Source: Basidiobolus meristosporus CBS 931.73
Taxonomy: Eukaryota; Fungi; Basidiobolomycota
DNA: 64,000 nucleotides
NCBI GenBank assembly: GCA_002104905.1
Contig: MCFE01000394.1
Span: forward strand, 18,387 to 82,386
Reading direction: 5' to 3'
A program made the translations under genes and the position numbers. The notes beneath the pieces are model-generated. The model worked only from the letters and a program-made list of their open reading frames with translations. It ran no database searches and was not told the DNA's origin. Below, piece by piece: positions 28,115-41,289 of the stretch (positions are counted from its first letter, which is position 1; every line of letters starts with the position of its first letter).

Positions 28115-31100
28115 GAGTCATCAGCCACAACCTATATTAGGAAGTACAATCAGTGAGCAATTGATCTGACAAAATGTATATAAGGAGCTGCTGGAACCTC
28201 AATAAAATTAGTTCACGTTTTAGTGAATACAATACTGGCTAAACTCCCTATTCCTCTATAACTCTTTTACCAGGACTTGTAACATTGGTAGCAACAATAA
28301 CCAGAAACCTCCCTCTTTGAGAAAGAAGCAGCCTCCCTCAAAATGCAGAAAATCTGGAATGGAAAAATGCAACACAGCAAATCTTAGTCCAACAGCTACA
28401 GTTACTGCTGATTCTTTGTTGGTGGCAACAAGGAATGACTATTATGGCCCAGAACCAGCAAAGCCTTGTCAAGAGCAACTTCTGTGTCAAAATCAGCCAG
28501 CACCATAGAAAGGTCAATCAAAACCTGGGAACTTGGCACTTTCAAATTGAAGAAGCATTTAAGGCTATATCGGTTGCCTCAGAAAGCACATTAGATGATG
28601 CAGCCTCTTACCTGGTAGATGCAGCTTTGCTATCGTACCACAACAGGATCAGGTCAGCCACTTTGATGGGATGCTCTACTAACTCTACCTGGGATGAGTT
28701 TGTGTAGAAATTCAAGATCCTTTGAACTTCCCCCACCAGCAGACAGTGCTAAGAGGGAAGCTGAAGACATGCAGATGGAAAGGATTTGTTGAAGAATGCA
28801 CATAAGAGTATAGATGTCTACTTCAGCAAATTGAAACCATGGGCCCCTTGGATCAAGTGGAAAACTTTATTGATGGGTTGAAAGAAAGAACTTGCAAGGA
28901 AGTGAATTACTGAAGACTTTACACTATTGAAGAAGCCATCAAGATTACCATTGACTATGACTCAGCTATGTATGAAGTTGGAAAGCCTAGAATGACTAAT
29001 CAGAGGGGCTACAATTGCTATGAAAGAAGTCAGTCAGAGGCAGTGCCAATGAAAATAGACTCTATGCAAAAGAATCCCCCCTCAAAAGAATGCTTGAAGA
29101 AAGGACTTTGTTTTAATTGCCACTGGTAAAGGTATATCTCAAGGTTCTGCCCTCAGAAAAGTAGTGGACACAACTTAACAAGAACCTTCAGCCACAATGT
29201 AGGCCTTGAGCATAGTAACATGGAGGACAAACTTGAAGAAGACCTGGAACTCACTTTCATATAATAAAATAATACTTATCCCAAATGACTCCAAGTTCAG
29301 CAAAGCTTTTATACTTAAATGGAGTTATCATTGTAGCATCCACCATGATTATGATTGACTATGAGCATCACATGAGTACATATCAGAGCAATTTGCCTTG
29401 AAAACTGGAATTGACTAAGAGCCCACAAAAGCAACTTCAGTCTTAACAGCCAATGGGAACTCTCACATAATCAACTCTATTGCTCAGCCAGTAATAGTTA
29501 AGATTGAAGACTATGAAGAAGACCTACAGGCTTATATATCTGGGAACTGCAAGTTTGACCTTGTACCTGGGAAAGCAATGCTATTCCATTTAATCCATCA
29601 ACAAACTGAAGAACCCATGCCACCCAGATACAAAAAGACAACAATACTCATTGGCTCTAACCTGCCAGTCTGGATTTCAACTTGGCCAGTTCCAGTGTGT
29701 GTGAAACAATTAAAACTAGCAAGACCTAGTCCTGTAAAGTAATTGGAAAACTTACCCAGGCGTTTCTCATGGCTGTGTTAGAGGAGGAATCTTTTACTCC
29801 AGCATCTTGATAGGTCCAGACTGTCTTGAAGGAATATTCAGACATCTTTCCCAATGAACTTGAAAGCCTACAACCAGTCAGAGATAGGGACTATGCTATT
29901 GATACAGGAGATAGCCCTTCAGTGAGCAAGACATCATACCGAATGAGTCCATTGGAATTGAACAAGATGAAGAGACATATAGTTCAGTTGTTGGAGCAAG
30001 GATATATCAGACCTAGCAAGTCACCTTAGGGAGCACTATTGCTTTTTGTGAAAAAGAAGGATGGAACACCTAGGATGTGCATTGACTACTGAGAGCTCTG
30101 TTTCAATTACTGTCAGGAAAAAGTACCCTATACCCTGGAATGATGAGCTATTGGACCAACTTAATGGAGCCATCAAGATATAACCAGATTGGGGTGAAAC
30201 TAGAAGATATCCCTAAGACAGCATTCAGTACCAGATATGGATGTTACATGTAATTGGTCAGGAGCTTTAACCCCACCAATGCCCCTGCAATATTCATGAC
30301 CTTGAGGCAAGCAGTCTTTCAGGAGCTCTTAAAGTTGATGGTAGTCTACCTAGATGATTTATTGATCTATAGCAAGACAGAAGGGCACTTGGTGCACATT
30401 AAAGTGATCTTGAGGAAGCTAAGAGAGAACAAGCTGTATGGCAAGCTAGTAAAGTGCAAATTCTTGAAGGAGCATGTTGAATACCTGGAAAACATAGTGA
30501 CTAGCACAAGAGTGACTTTAAGGCCAAGAAGGTTGAGGTCATCAAGAGTCCAAAGCAGCCCCATAGCATTTCAGAACTCTGATCATTCCTAGGAATGATT
30601 TCATATAATTAGACATTTGTCAAGTCCTTTGCAAGTATTACAGCCCCTTTAACTGATGTTCTCAAGAAAGACAACACCATGAAGTAGGACATAGCCTGTG
30701 AGACTGCCTTTCAGATGCTCAAGAATGAACTTGCTAACCTGCCAAGCTTCAGAACTACAGGCTTCAGAAAAGGGCTTAATCTGTTTACAGATGCTTCAGA
30801 CTATGCAATTGGTAGAGTACTGAGTAAAGAACATGAGGGAAAGGACTACCCAGTTGCTTCTGAGTCCAAGAAGCTGAATTCAGTAGAACAAAGCTATCAG
30901 TGCATGAGAAGGAGATACTTGCTTTCAATATACTGCTTGAAGATCTGGAGATGCTGCATTGAAGGAGTTAAGTGCAATGTAAAGACTGATCATACCAAAC
31001 TTAGGTATATATAAGCTTGGAAGGTACTATCCAAAAGAATGACAAGATGGACAGAATATACTCAGCAATTTGATATGGATATTTTCTACTGCACTGGTAA

Positions 31101-31210
31101 AAACAACATGGTTGCTGATGTCTTACCAATACAAGAACAAGTTGACAACTCAACTGGGTGCATGAATCAGATTGGCCTAGAGTATTAACAAAGTAATTGG
31201 AGAGCCAAGC
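28115..31210 (+). mobile_element. Ty3/Gypsy element, partial 5' LTR plus gag-protease-RT-RNase H, truncated before integrase
   Basis: LTR part 28115-28284 ends ...ttgtaaca; PBS tggtagcaac; gag QIEEAFKA; RT YLDDLLIYS; RNase H FTDASDYAIG and KTDH; many stops. Confidence 0.9.
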
Positions 31211-31565
31211 TGTTGTATCCAAGAGAAAAGTTCAAAATGACCCTTGAGTAGTTTAACTGAGCCTTAGTGACAACTATGTGCAGAATCTTAGAATTGTTAG
31301 AGAGTGGTGAAAATATTAGCAGAGGGGTTCTAGTCTAGAATTGGTCTTGTATATAGCTGCATTTGGCTATAAGGCAGCAGGGTTTGTTTGCTGTGCAGGC
31401 TAGGCTTAGTGTTCTTGGGAGTGCCAGATATGCTAGGCTTGGGTAGAAACTAGAATAGAGTTGTGAGTTCTCCATCTTACTGAGACATAACCCTAATTTT
31501 GTTGAGACACACACTAAACCAAAAGACTCAGTAAGCTTTATTTATACTTTTTGATCAAGTTGAAT

Positions 31566-32717
31566 AGACTTGTTCCGTTTGATAGTGGCACATTGAGCCA
31601 TGAGTGCCAAATGATGCCATAGTGTGCCAGAGAGGCCAAGTGAGCCTCTAACTGGCCACAGAGTGTGAAACATAGCTCTGCATCTTCATGCAAAGCAGCC
31701 CCTGTGTTTCACCCATTGTGTTGAAGAAAATCCATTTTTTGACCTTTTTTTTGGATCAATGTTGTGCAGGATGTGTTAGAGCACAAGCAGATTGAAGATA
31801 TGCATCTAGTACTCAATAGACTTGTTCCGTTGGATAGTGCCACATTGAGCCATGAGTGCCAAGTGATGCCATAGTGTGCCAGAGATGCCAATTGAGCCTC
31901 TACCTGGCCACAGAGTGTGAAACATAGCTCTGCATCTTCATGCAAAGCAGCCCCTGTGTTTTACCCAGTGTGTTGGAGAAAATCCATTTTTTGACCTTTT
32001 TTCTTGGATCAATGTTGTGCAGGATGTGTTAGAGCACAAGCAGATGGAAGATATGCATCTGGTACTCAATACCCATGGCACTCTGAATCTAGCTCCTGTA
32101 GCTTGTATCATGTCACAAAAATGAATGGCACTATCTTGGTCCACTGGTACTATCTGGCACTATAAGTGCTTTGTATAGATCTTACTTTAGGTCTAATATT
32201 TAAATATAGTGCTAGATAGTACCAGTGGACCAAGATAGTGCCGTTTGTTTTTGTGACATGATACAAGCTACAGGAGCTAGACTCAGAGTGCCATGGGTAT
32301 TGAGTACTAGATGCATATCTTCAGTTCTCCTGTGCTCTTACACATCCTGAGCTACATTGATCCACAAAAAAAGGTCAAAAAATGGATTTTCTCCTGCGCA
32401 ATGGGTGAAACACAGGGGCTACTTTACATGAAGATGCAGAGCTATGTTTCACACTTGGTGGCCAAGTATAGGCTCACTTGACCTCTCTGGCACACTATGG
32501 CATCATTTGGCACACATGGCTCAATGTGGCACTATCCAACGGAACAAGTCTAATACCCATGGCACTCTGAATCTAGCTCCTGTAGCTTGTATCATGTCAC
32601 AAAAATGAATGGCACTATCTTGGTCCACTGGTACTATCTTGTACTATATTTAAATATTAGACCTAAAGTAAGATATATACAAAGCACTTATAGTGCCAGA
32701 TAGTACCAGTGGACCAA
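31566..32717. mobile_element. Foldback element (outer), right arm truncated, carrying a nested copy
   Basis: Left arm from agacttgttcc is interrupted at actcAAT and resumes AATacccat at 32552; right arm stops after ~25 bp. Confidence 0.88.
31818..32551. mobile_element. Foldback element (inner), complete
   Basis: Both termini intact; AAT duplicated at 31815-31817 and 32552-32554; the empty site is known from sister copies. Confidence 0.93.
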
Positions 32718-35700
32718 TCATCATAACCCAATAAGGTCCTACTTGATATACATATTTCTGTCTGACAGGTATCTGCTGATTCATTTGCTCACTAATGGTA
32801 CTGGTTTGACTGATAACACTGGTATAATGATAGGCTAAGCATATAACTAGTTGATTTGACTAAAAACTGATCTAACTTAAACATTCAAGTGGTAGATCAT
32901 TACAGCCTCCCCTACTAAGGTTGAGAGGGTTCTGCTTAATCCCATTTCCTGTGACACCAATATCCAGATAGTTCATTATTGTTGGCAAGTCTTGTAAGCT
33001 AGAGTCTGTCACTATGAGCTAAATCTTGCCAGATGTTCCCTTGTTTATCATCTAGATGGTAAGTTGCAAATGGACATTGTCTCATGATCTTAAGGGGTCC
33101 TGTCCATTGTGGCTCCAGCTTCTTCCAAGAGTTATTTCTCAGCAATACAAAGCTCTCAAGTGCCAATGCTTCTGGTGATATAGTTTCATTAAATCTCTGC
33201 TTCATCTTTTTAGCACTTTGTGATGCTTTGGCCTGTGTCTGTTGTTGTCTATGTTCCAGTTGCTGGTGTCCACTTGGCTGGCAGAACCCATTTTCTAAGG
33301 CATATGTAAGCTTTGGTTGTGTAACATCTCATGGAGTTCTTAGCTCACATCCATACACTAAGTAAAATGACAGTTGCTGGGTGGTGTTGTGTACTCTAAC
33401 TCTGCATGCAAAAGTGCTTGGTCTATTTACTTATCCCATATACTAACAACTACATTAGTACACTTGGTGAATATTTTTCCAAATATGTCATTAAACCACT
33501 CAGTGACTCCATTCATTCTAGGATGACATGCCATGATTTTCAGGTGTTTGATCTAAAACATTTTCAGTTACTCTTCCAATATCTTTACCATAGTGTTTAC
33601 TCCTCAATTGGATAGAATCTCTAAAGGCCATCCAAACTTCATTAGGATCTCATGGCAGATGAGACTTTCAACTGCTTGTTCACTAGCTACAGGTACTGCT
33701 TTTCAAACTGTCTTACAGGCTCCAAGTGAAAGAGTTTGGAAATTCTCTGTGGTTGGCCTTGGTTAATTTGGCAAATTGGACATGTTTTCACTAGCTTCTC
33801 AATGTCTTGTTTCATTCTGAGCCACCATGCTCTGGCTTTCACAAGGCTACAGGTTCCTTCAAGTCCAGGATGTCTATATCCATTGAGTAGCCTATGTACT
33901 AAATCCAGGAAACCAATATAAGGGCAATAGACAATAGGCAATAGGGCTTCCATCAGCAATTTGGTAGAGTGCTCATCCTGTACCACAAATATGCTAGCTT
34001 CATCCCAGATTATCTTCTTGATCTCTTCATCCACCTTATTAGGAATATCTTAGGCTTCAAGTACTTTGGTAATAAGCTAGGCCAATCTGATATATGCACC
34101 AAGTTAAGTTGTGCAACTTGTTCTAATCTTTATAAGGTATCAGCAACCATGTTGCTTTTGCTAGAGCAGTAAGCAATCTCCAAGTCAAATTGCTGAATGT
34201 ATTCACTCCTTCAACTCATTCTTCTGGAGAGTACCTTCTGAGCAAATGCACACTTGAGTGAGGTATGATCAGTCCTCAGAGTGCACTTGACTCCTTTAAT
34301 GTGGCATCCACAGGTCTTCAAGCAGTGTATTATGGCAAGGATCTCCTTTTCATGCACTGGATAGTACTGCTCTGCTGAGTTCAGCCTCTTGGACCTAAAA
34401 GCAACTGGATAGTCTGTTCCCTCTTGTTCTTAGCTGAGTATTCCACCAATTGCATAGTTTGAAGCATCTTTGCATAAAGTAAACTCTTTTCTGAAGCCTG
34501 GAGTTCTGAAGCTTGGCAACTTAGCAAGTTCATTCTTGAGCATCTGAAAGGCAGTCTCACAGGCTATGTCCTACTTCATAGTGTTGTCTTTCTTGAGAAT
34601 ATTAGTTAAAGGGGCTGCAATACTTCCAAAGAACTTGACAAATGTCCAATAAGAGGAAACCATTCCAAGAAATGAACAGAGTTTTGATATGCTATGGGGC
34701 TGCTTCAGATTCTTGATGGATTCAACCTTCTTGAGGTCTAAAGTCACTCCTATGCTAGCCACTAGGTGTCCCAGGTATTCAACATGTTCCTTCAGGAATT
34801 TACACTTTGCTAGCTTGCCCTAAAGCTTGCTCTCTCTTTGCTTTCTCAAGACCTTTTCAATATGTACCAAGTGTTCTTCTTCTGTCTTGCTGAATATCAA
34901 TATGTCATCTAGGTAGAGTACAACAAACATGTCTAAGTATTCTTGGAAGACTCTTTGCATCAAGGTCATGAATGTTGCAGGGGCATTGGTGAGGCCAAAA
35001 CCTATGATTAGGTACTTGTAATGTCCATATCTGGTCCTGAATGTTGTCTTAGGGATGTCTTTGGGTTTCACCCTAATGTGATTGTATCCTGACATAAGGT
35101 CAATATTGCTTAATAAGGTAGCTCCATTGAGTTGGTCCAAAAGCTCATCAATCCAAGGTATAGGGTACTTATTCTTCATGGTAACTGAGTTAAGAGCTCT
35201 GTAGTCAGTGTACGTCCTAAGTGTTGCATCCTTCTTTTTACAAAAAGTACTGGTGCTCCCCAAGGTGACTTGCTGGGTTTAGTATATCCTTGCTCCAATT
35301 GCTGATCTATTTGTCTTTTCATCTCTTCCAATTCCAACAGACTTATTCTGTAAGGTGTCCAACTCACTGGAGGGCTATCTCCTGCATGAAGGGCATGATC
35401 CTTGTCTCTGACCGGTGGTAGGCTTGCAAGTTCTTCTGGAAATACATCTGCATATTCCTTCAAAAGAGTCTGCACCTTCTGGGGTACTGAAGTAGCAAAA
35501 TCCTCCTGTAATACTGCCATGAGAAACATATGGGTACCTTTTCTAAGAGCTCTACATAAATGTGTCCTGCTAAGTTCACTTGTTTCACACATGCTGGAAT
35601 TGACAAAGTTAAAATCCAGTCTGGCAGGTAATAGCTCATAGGTCTTGTTGTCCTGGATCTGAGTAGCATGGGTTCTCTGGTTGATTGACCAATTACAACA

Positions 35701-37262
35701 AAATAGCCAGGTTTTCATGTACAAGGTCAAACTTGCAGTTCCTAAATATATAGGCCTGTAGGTCTTCTTCATAGTCATCAATGTTAACTGCTACTGGCTG
35801 AGTAATAGAGTTGATTATGTGAGAGTTCCCACCACCTGTTGAGATTGAAGTTGATTTGGTGGGTTCCAAGTTGATTGCAGCTTTCAAAGCAAATTGCTCT
35901 GACATGTACTCATGTAATGCTCCTGAGTGAATTATGATCTTGGCAGGTACTCCATTGATTACTCCATTGAAGTATAATAGCTTTCCTGAGTTTGAGGTCA
36001 TCTGGGATAGGTATGCTTCTGTCATATTGAAGATGAGTTCTGAGTCTTTGTCAAGTTCATCCTTCATGTTACTATGCTTAAGGGCTTCAATATAGTTGAA
36101 GATTCTTAATGGCTGGTATCCATTTCTTCTCTGAGGGCAGTACTTTACAATATGTCCCTGCTGGTGGCAGTTAAAGCAAAGTCCTCTTTTCTTACATTCT
36201 TCTGAGGTAGGATTTTTCTGCATAGCATCTATTTCCATTGTCACTGCTTCTGATTGTCTTCTTATATAGTGATTGTAGCTTCTCTGATTAGTCACTGTAG
36301 GCTTTCCAACTTCAAACATAGCCAAGTCATAGTCAATGGCAATCTTGATAGCTTCTTTGATGGTCTGAAATCTTCAATAATTCACTTCCTTGCAAGTTCT
36401 TTCTTTCAACCCATCAATAGAGTATTCCACATGATGCAGGGGCTCCATTCTTTCAGTTTGTCTAAGTAGACATCTATATTCATAGATGTACACCTGAACC
36501 ATTCCTTTACTCCTGAGTGCCTATAACTTTCATCTTAGTAGTGTCTGCTGGTGTAGGGGTGCAAATCCATCCTTGATTTCTGATGCAAACTCATCCCAGG
36601 TACAGATAGTAGAGCATCCCATCATGGTGGCTGACATGATCTTGCTGTCATACCACTGTAAAGCTGCACCTACCAGGTAAGAGGCTGCATAGTGTGACTT
36701 GCTTTCTGGAGTAATTCCCTTAGCATTGAAAGCTTCTTCAATCTGGAGGAGCCAAGCTCTCAGGTTTTCATTGACTCCACCATGGTACCGGTTGACCTTC
36801 ACACTAAAGTTGCTCTTGACAGGGTTTTGCTAGCTTTGGGCCATGGTAGATTTTCAGACATCTTGAGGGAGGTTTCTGGTTGTTGCTGCTACCAATGTTA
36901 CAAGTGTTAATATAAGAGTTGTAGAAGAATAGGAAGTTTATCTAGTGTTGTATTCAATAAAATTTGGACTGATCTTTATTGAGGTTCCAGAGGCCCCTTA
37001 TATACATTTTGCCAGATCAATTCCTGAATAATTGTGTTTCCTAATGTAGGTTGTGGCTGATGACTCACTTGATTGCATCATCATCACCCAATATGATCCT
37101 ACTTGATATATCTATTTCTGTCTGATAAGGATCTGCTGATTCATTTGCTGACTAATGCCACTGATTTGATAGATAACACTAATACATTGATTGGCTAAGC
37201 ATATAGCTAATTGATTTGACTAAAAATGATCTAATTGAAACATTCAAGCTGCAGATCACAAA
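32718..37262 (-). mobile_element. Near full-length Ty3/Gypsy LTR retrotransposon, inactivated
   Basis: 5' LTR ~36896-37262; PBS tggtagcagc (tRNA-iMet-like); gag CFNCHQQGHIVKYC; RT YLDDILIFS; integrase HPG...WWLRM...CPICQ; GP-F/Y motif; PPT agtaggggaggc; partial 3' LTR ~32718-32904. Confidence 0.93.
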
Positions 37263-37269
37263 ACAAGTC

Positions 37270-38790
37270 CCTATACCCTACAGCTTTATGCTATTGTTCA
37301 TTCATTGGTTCCCATATATCCTGGTCTTCAGCTGGCACTGCAAGGTCTAGCACCTCATCTGCCAGTATTTGCAATAAATCCATGCAATATTCAGGTGAGT
37401 TTTCCTGAGCACTGCTGTTGTAGAAGTACTGCAACTTCTTGGTGTACCTATCAATGTTCCAAAATTCCACAGAAGGCATTGTGATTGTCTCTTGAGTTCT
37501 TTACATTGTTGCTTTGTCTGTCAATGGGATCTCCACTCTGTCAACAATGGATGATGTGGAGGCTGTGGTGGACAAATTGCCTTTCTCTACAAACTCATCC
37601 ACCTTGCTGGAGTGTAGCCTAACTGCCTGTGCTTTCAACTCTTGTGAAAAAGCTGTTTTCTTGTTTATAATTTTTCTTGGCTATGATGGGACTCAGTCTT
37701 CTCAAGGCATGTGGCATTAATTAGTAAGAACTGCAGTTTTCTTCTAGTGCTTCACCGTCTCAGGCTGGGTAGACATTTTCCTACTACCTTTTTCCTTTTA
37801 CACTGCCCGGATCACTCACTGCTACATTTTCTGAGTGCTTCATGTATTGAACCACATTTTCTTCTTGATAAATGCTGTTCTGATGCATCTGTTTTGGCCT
37901 GTTTGTCCCTTGCTGGCACTCTCCTGGCAACCTGAGGTTTTTTTCTGGTTGTTTTAAGCTCTCAGTTGTAATTGTGGTAAGCTGCTGCAAAAGCTGCCAG
38001 TTTTTAGTGCTGCCAGGTCCTTGACTCTTACTCTGACTGAGTAGTTCTTGAATAACACTACGCTTTTTCATTGATCAACTTTGTGCTGATGTATCTGTGT
38101 CTGCCTGCTTGTCCCTTTTTGGCACTCTTACAGCTACTCTTGAGATACTCTCTTAGCATACCAATGGTGACCCAAAACCATTTTCCTGCTTGAATCCAGG
38201 ATTATACTCATTGTGCAGGTCATGTGCATTATGTTTGGCCCTAAGTTCCTGATGGTCCCATGGTATGCTGGACCTATGGTGATGGCATGCTAGACTTCTC
38301 ATGGCCTCTTGAATATTAGCCCACTCTTCATCATTGCACTCAATGGCTTCACAGATCTTAAGTATCTTTTAATTTCTTGGCTTTGGTCCAAAACACCACA
38401 GTGCCACCCTCCCATGCTGTGATAGGATTTCTGTGGGCTTTATCTTTGGGCACTGTTGTTGTGCTTCAAAACTGTGCAGCATTCTTCAGTTGCCTACTTG
38501 ACTGAAAGCTTGAGGAGTCCACATTATTACCTTCAGTGGGCACACTGCCAACATGGCCTTTTTTGGATGTAGCCTTGCTTGTAGCACTAAATGCCAAAGC
38601 AAGCTATAGTCTAGCCAATCTTTTGCTGCTGTTAGCAGTGGGGCACAGTTGGGAATTAGATGACTTTGCTTTTCTTTTTGGCAGCATACATATGGAAGTG
38701 AGTCAAACCAAAAGGAAAATGGTGTTTCATATACATGTGTATGTTGTACCACAACTTTATTCATAATGCTTACTATGGCAGGTCATCATT
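37270..38790 (-). mobile_element. Family X copy, best preserved
   Basis: Minus strand EEWANIQEAMRSLACHHHRSSIPWDHQ, then after a frameshift WVTIGMLREYLKSS, a low-complexity linker and the KLQYFYNSSAQEN...LADEV segment. Confidence 0.6.
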
Positions 38791-39280
38791 GTGATAGAAG
38801 TGTGTCTATTGCACCTGGTGTGCATTTTTGCAGTGGCTAGTAAGCAGGAGGCCATAGTATTTTTGGACTCATACTATATGTGGAACAACTAAGGTAGTAG
38901 TAGGTAAGCAAATAAAGAGGGGTGATTCTACAATGGAAATATGAATGGCTCAGGGGGGCTAAAAAAATGAAAACCCACTTGGTAAATTGGTACAGTAGCA
39001 TTATACCAAACTAGTTGTAGGCTGCTGTACTACTGTCAAAATACCATCAGTGGCTTGCAATGAGATTGTCAAACACTGTCAAGTTTCTTGCCATATAAGG
39101 CAACTGATTTACTGACTAGTAAGGTCCACTTAAATAGATGTAGGGCACATTGAGACCACCATAATTCCATGCAACAATTGTCAAAAGACCACCAAACCCT
39201 GTCATGGTTTTAACTTTATTTGGCAGCAAAATAAGCAAAAGCTATTGTGATCCAATCATAAGATCATATAGAGGGTCATT

Positions 39281-40009
39281 AGGCTTGTCCTGTTGGACAA
39301 TACCTCATTGAGCCATGAGTGCCACACAATGCCTTAGTATGCCAGGGAAACAAAGCGGACTTGTACTTGGCCACAGAGTATGAAATTTAGATCTTCATCT
39401 TCAGGCAAAGCAGCCTCTGTGATTTGCCCATTGTGCAGGAGAAAATCCATTTTTTGCCTTTTTTTCAGATCAATTTTGTGCATGATATGTAAGAGCACAC
39501 AAGGACTGAAGACATGCATCTTGTACTAAACACCAGTGACACTCTGAGTCTGGCTCTGGTGGCTTGTAACATGTCATAAAATGCATGGCACTATCTTGGA
39601 CAACTGGCACTATCAGGCACTATATTTAATTATTAGACCTAAAGTAAAACCAATACAAAGCACTTATTGTGCCAGATAGTACCAGCGGACCAAGATAGTG
39701 CCATGCATTTTTGTGACGTGATACAAGCCTCAGGAGTTAGATATAGAATGCAATGGGTGTTTAGTACTAGTTGCATGTCTTCAGTCCCTCAGTCCTCTTA
39801 CAGATCATGCACAACACTCATCCCAAAACAATGGTCAAAAATGGATTTTCTCCTGCACAATGGGTGATACACTGGGGCTGCTTTGCATGAAGATTAGTAA
39901 CTATTTTTCACACTCTGTGGCCAAGAATAGGTCCACTTGGCCTCACGGGCCACTAAGGCATCATTTGGCACTAATGGCTCAATGTGGCACTATCCAATGG
40001 AATAAGTCT
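39281..40009. mobile_element. Foldback element, older diverged copy
   Basis: aggcttgtcc...aataagtct; flanks ATT/ATC; same arms and spacer. Confidence 0.85.
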
Positions 40010-41289
40010 ATCAATTCCAAGCTGCTGGTATTATCATGGTCTCTTGATGGGATCCTGATGGCTGATCTGGATTGGATCCTCCTTCTGGAACAAATTATTT
40101 TTCATACGGTACATAGAGGACAGCCAGGAAGTGTGAGTAAATACTGAGTGCCAATAGGAAATTGGATACACACATGTCTTTGGTACCAAGAAGTTAAGCT
40201 ACCGCAATGTGTTGGTTATCATTTAAGTCAGGCAAGACTGGGCTGAATGCAACAGGCAGCTAATCTTTATAAGGAAAACTTCATCAAGGTAGGCTGGGCT
40301 TCTACTGGATTGAAGCTAATTGCTAAACCACTCAATAAAGAATTCATATAAGTACAAACCAGATGACACCTATGATGAAAATAGGATACTACATGGCAAG
40401 TGAACATATTTGCCTAGTACCAGGAAGTATTTTGCAGATATTTAAGAGGTGTTCATTGCAAGAGTGCCACCACCAAGCATATACATGCAAGATATATATC
40501 CTACCAGCAATACAAGGTATATGCAAGATTTGCAAGTGTTAAACTGAGAAGCTGTAAAGTTGAGGCCATAGAAATGGGTCAGCTGCAGCAGGTGTGTGCA
40601 CATGTAGAAGTTAGCAAGCACAAGGCCATAGTGTTCTTATTCAAAATATATGTGGCATACCTGTGGCAATTGTGTGTAAGCATATATATAGGGTGAAGCT
40701 ACAGAGGAATGTATGGATGGCCTATGAAGAGGTAGAAAAAGGTAATACAATTGTACAACTTGATACATTTGCATTATACAGGACAAGCTGAAGGCTGTGG
40801 TACAGCATGCTAAAATGGCAAAAGTGTGTTGCAGCAAGGCCATCAAGTTTTTGCCGTATTATTCAATTGGATATACTTGTCTGTTAGGTCTGTCCAAACA
40901 GATGTGGACCACATCAAAACCATCAATATGCCATGCAATTCTTGCCAAAGGAGCACCTAAATATTGTCAAGTTTGCTACTTTATTTATCTATGTAACATA
41001 GGGACAGCATATCCAGGATGAAGATGATAGAGATGATGATATGGCTTGGTCATGTGTCACAGGTACTGGTATGGGCACTTGCCTAATATAGAAGTACTTA
41101 CATCTAGTAATCATACATAGAGTGAAGGATAAATAATGCTGTAAATATGCATGTGAGTTAGTCAGCCAGCTTTTGGGGAGGTAATGATCAAACAAGACAA
41201 ATGAGGTAAGCTAAGATAAAGGTAGTAGGAAATAAGCTAGTAGTAAATATGGGAATGAGCACATTGATTGGTGGGTGGCACTATGCCTG

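Noticed and set aside
40880-41000. Kinase-like string YAMQFLPKEHLNIVKF
   Set aside because: No HRD, DFG or glycine-loop motif in frame nearby; too short and eroded to support
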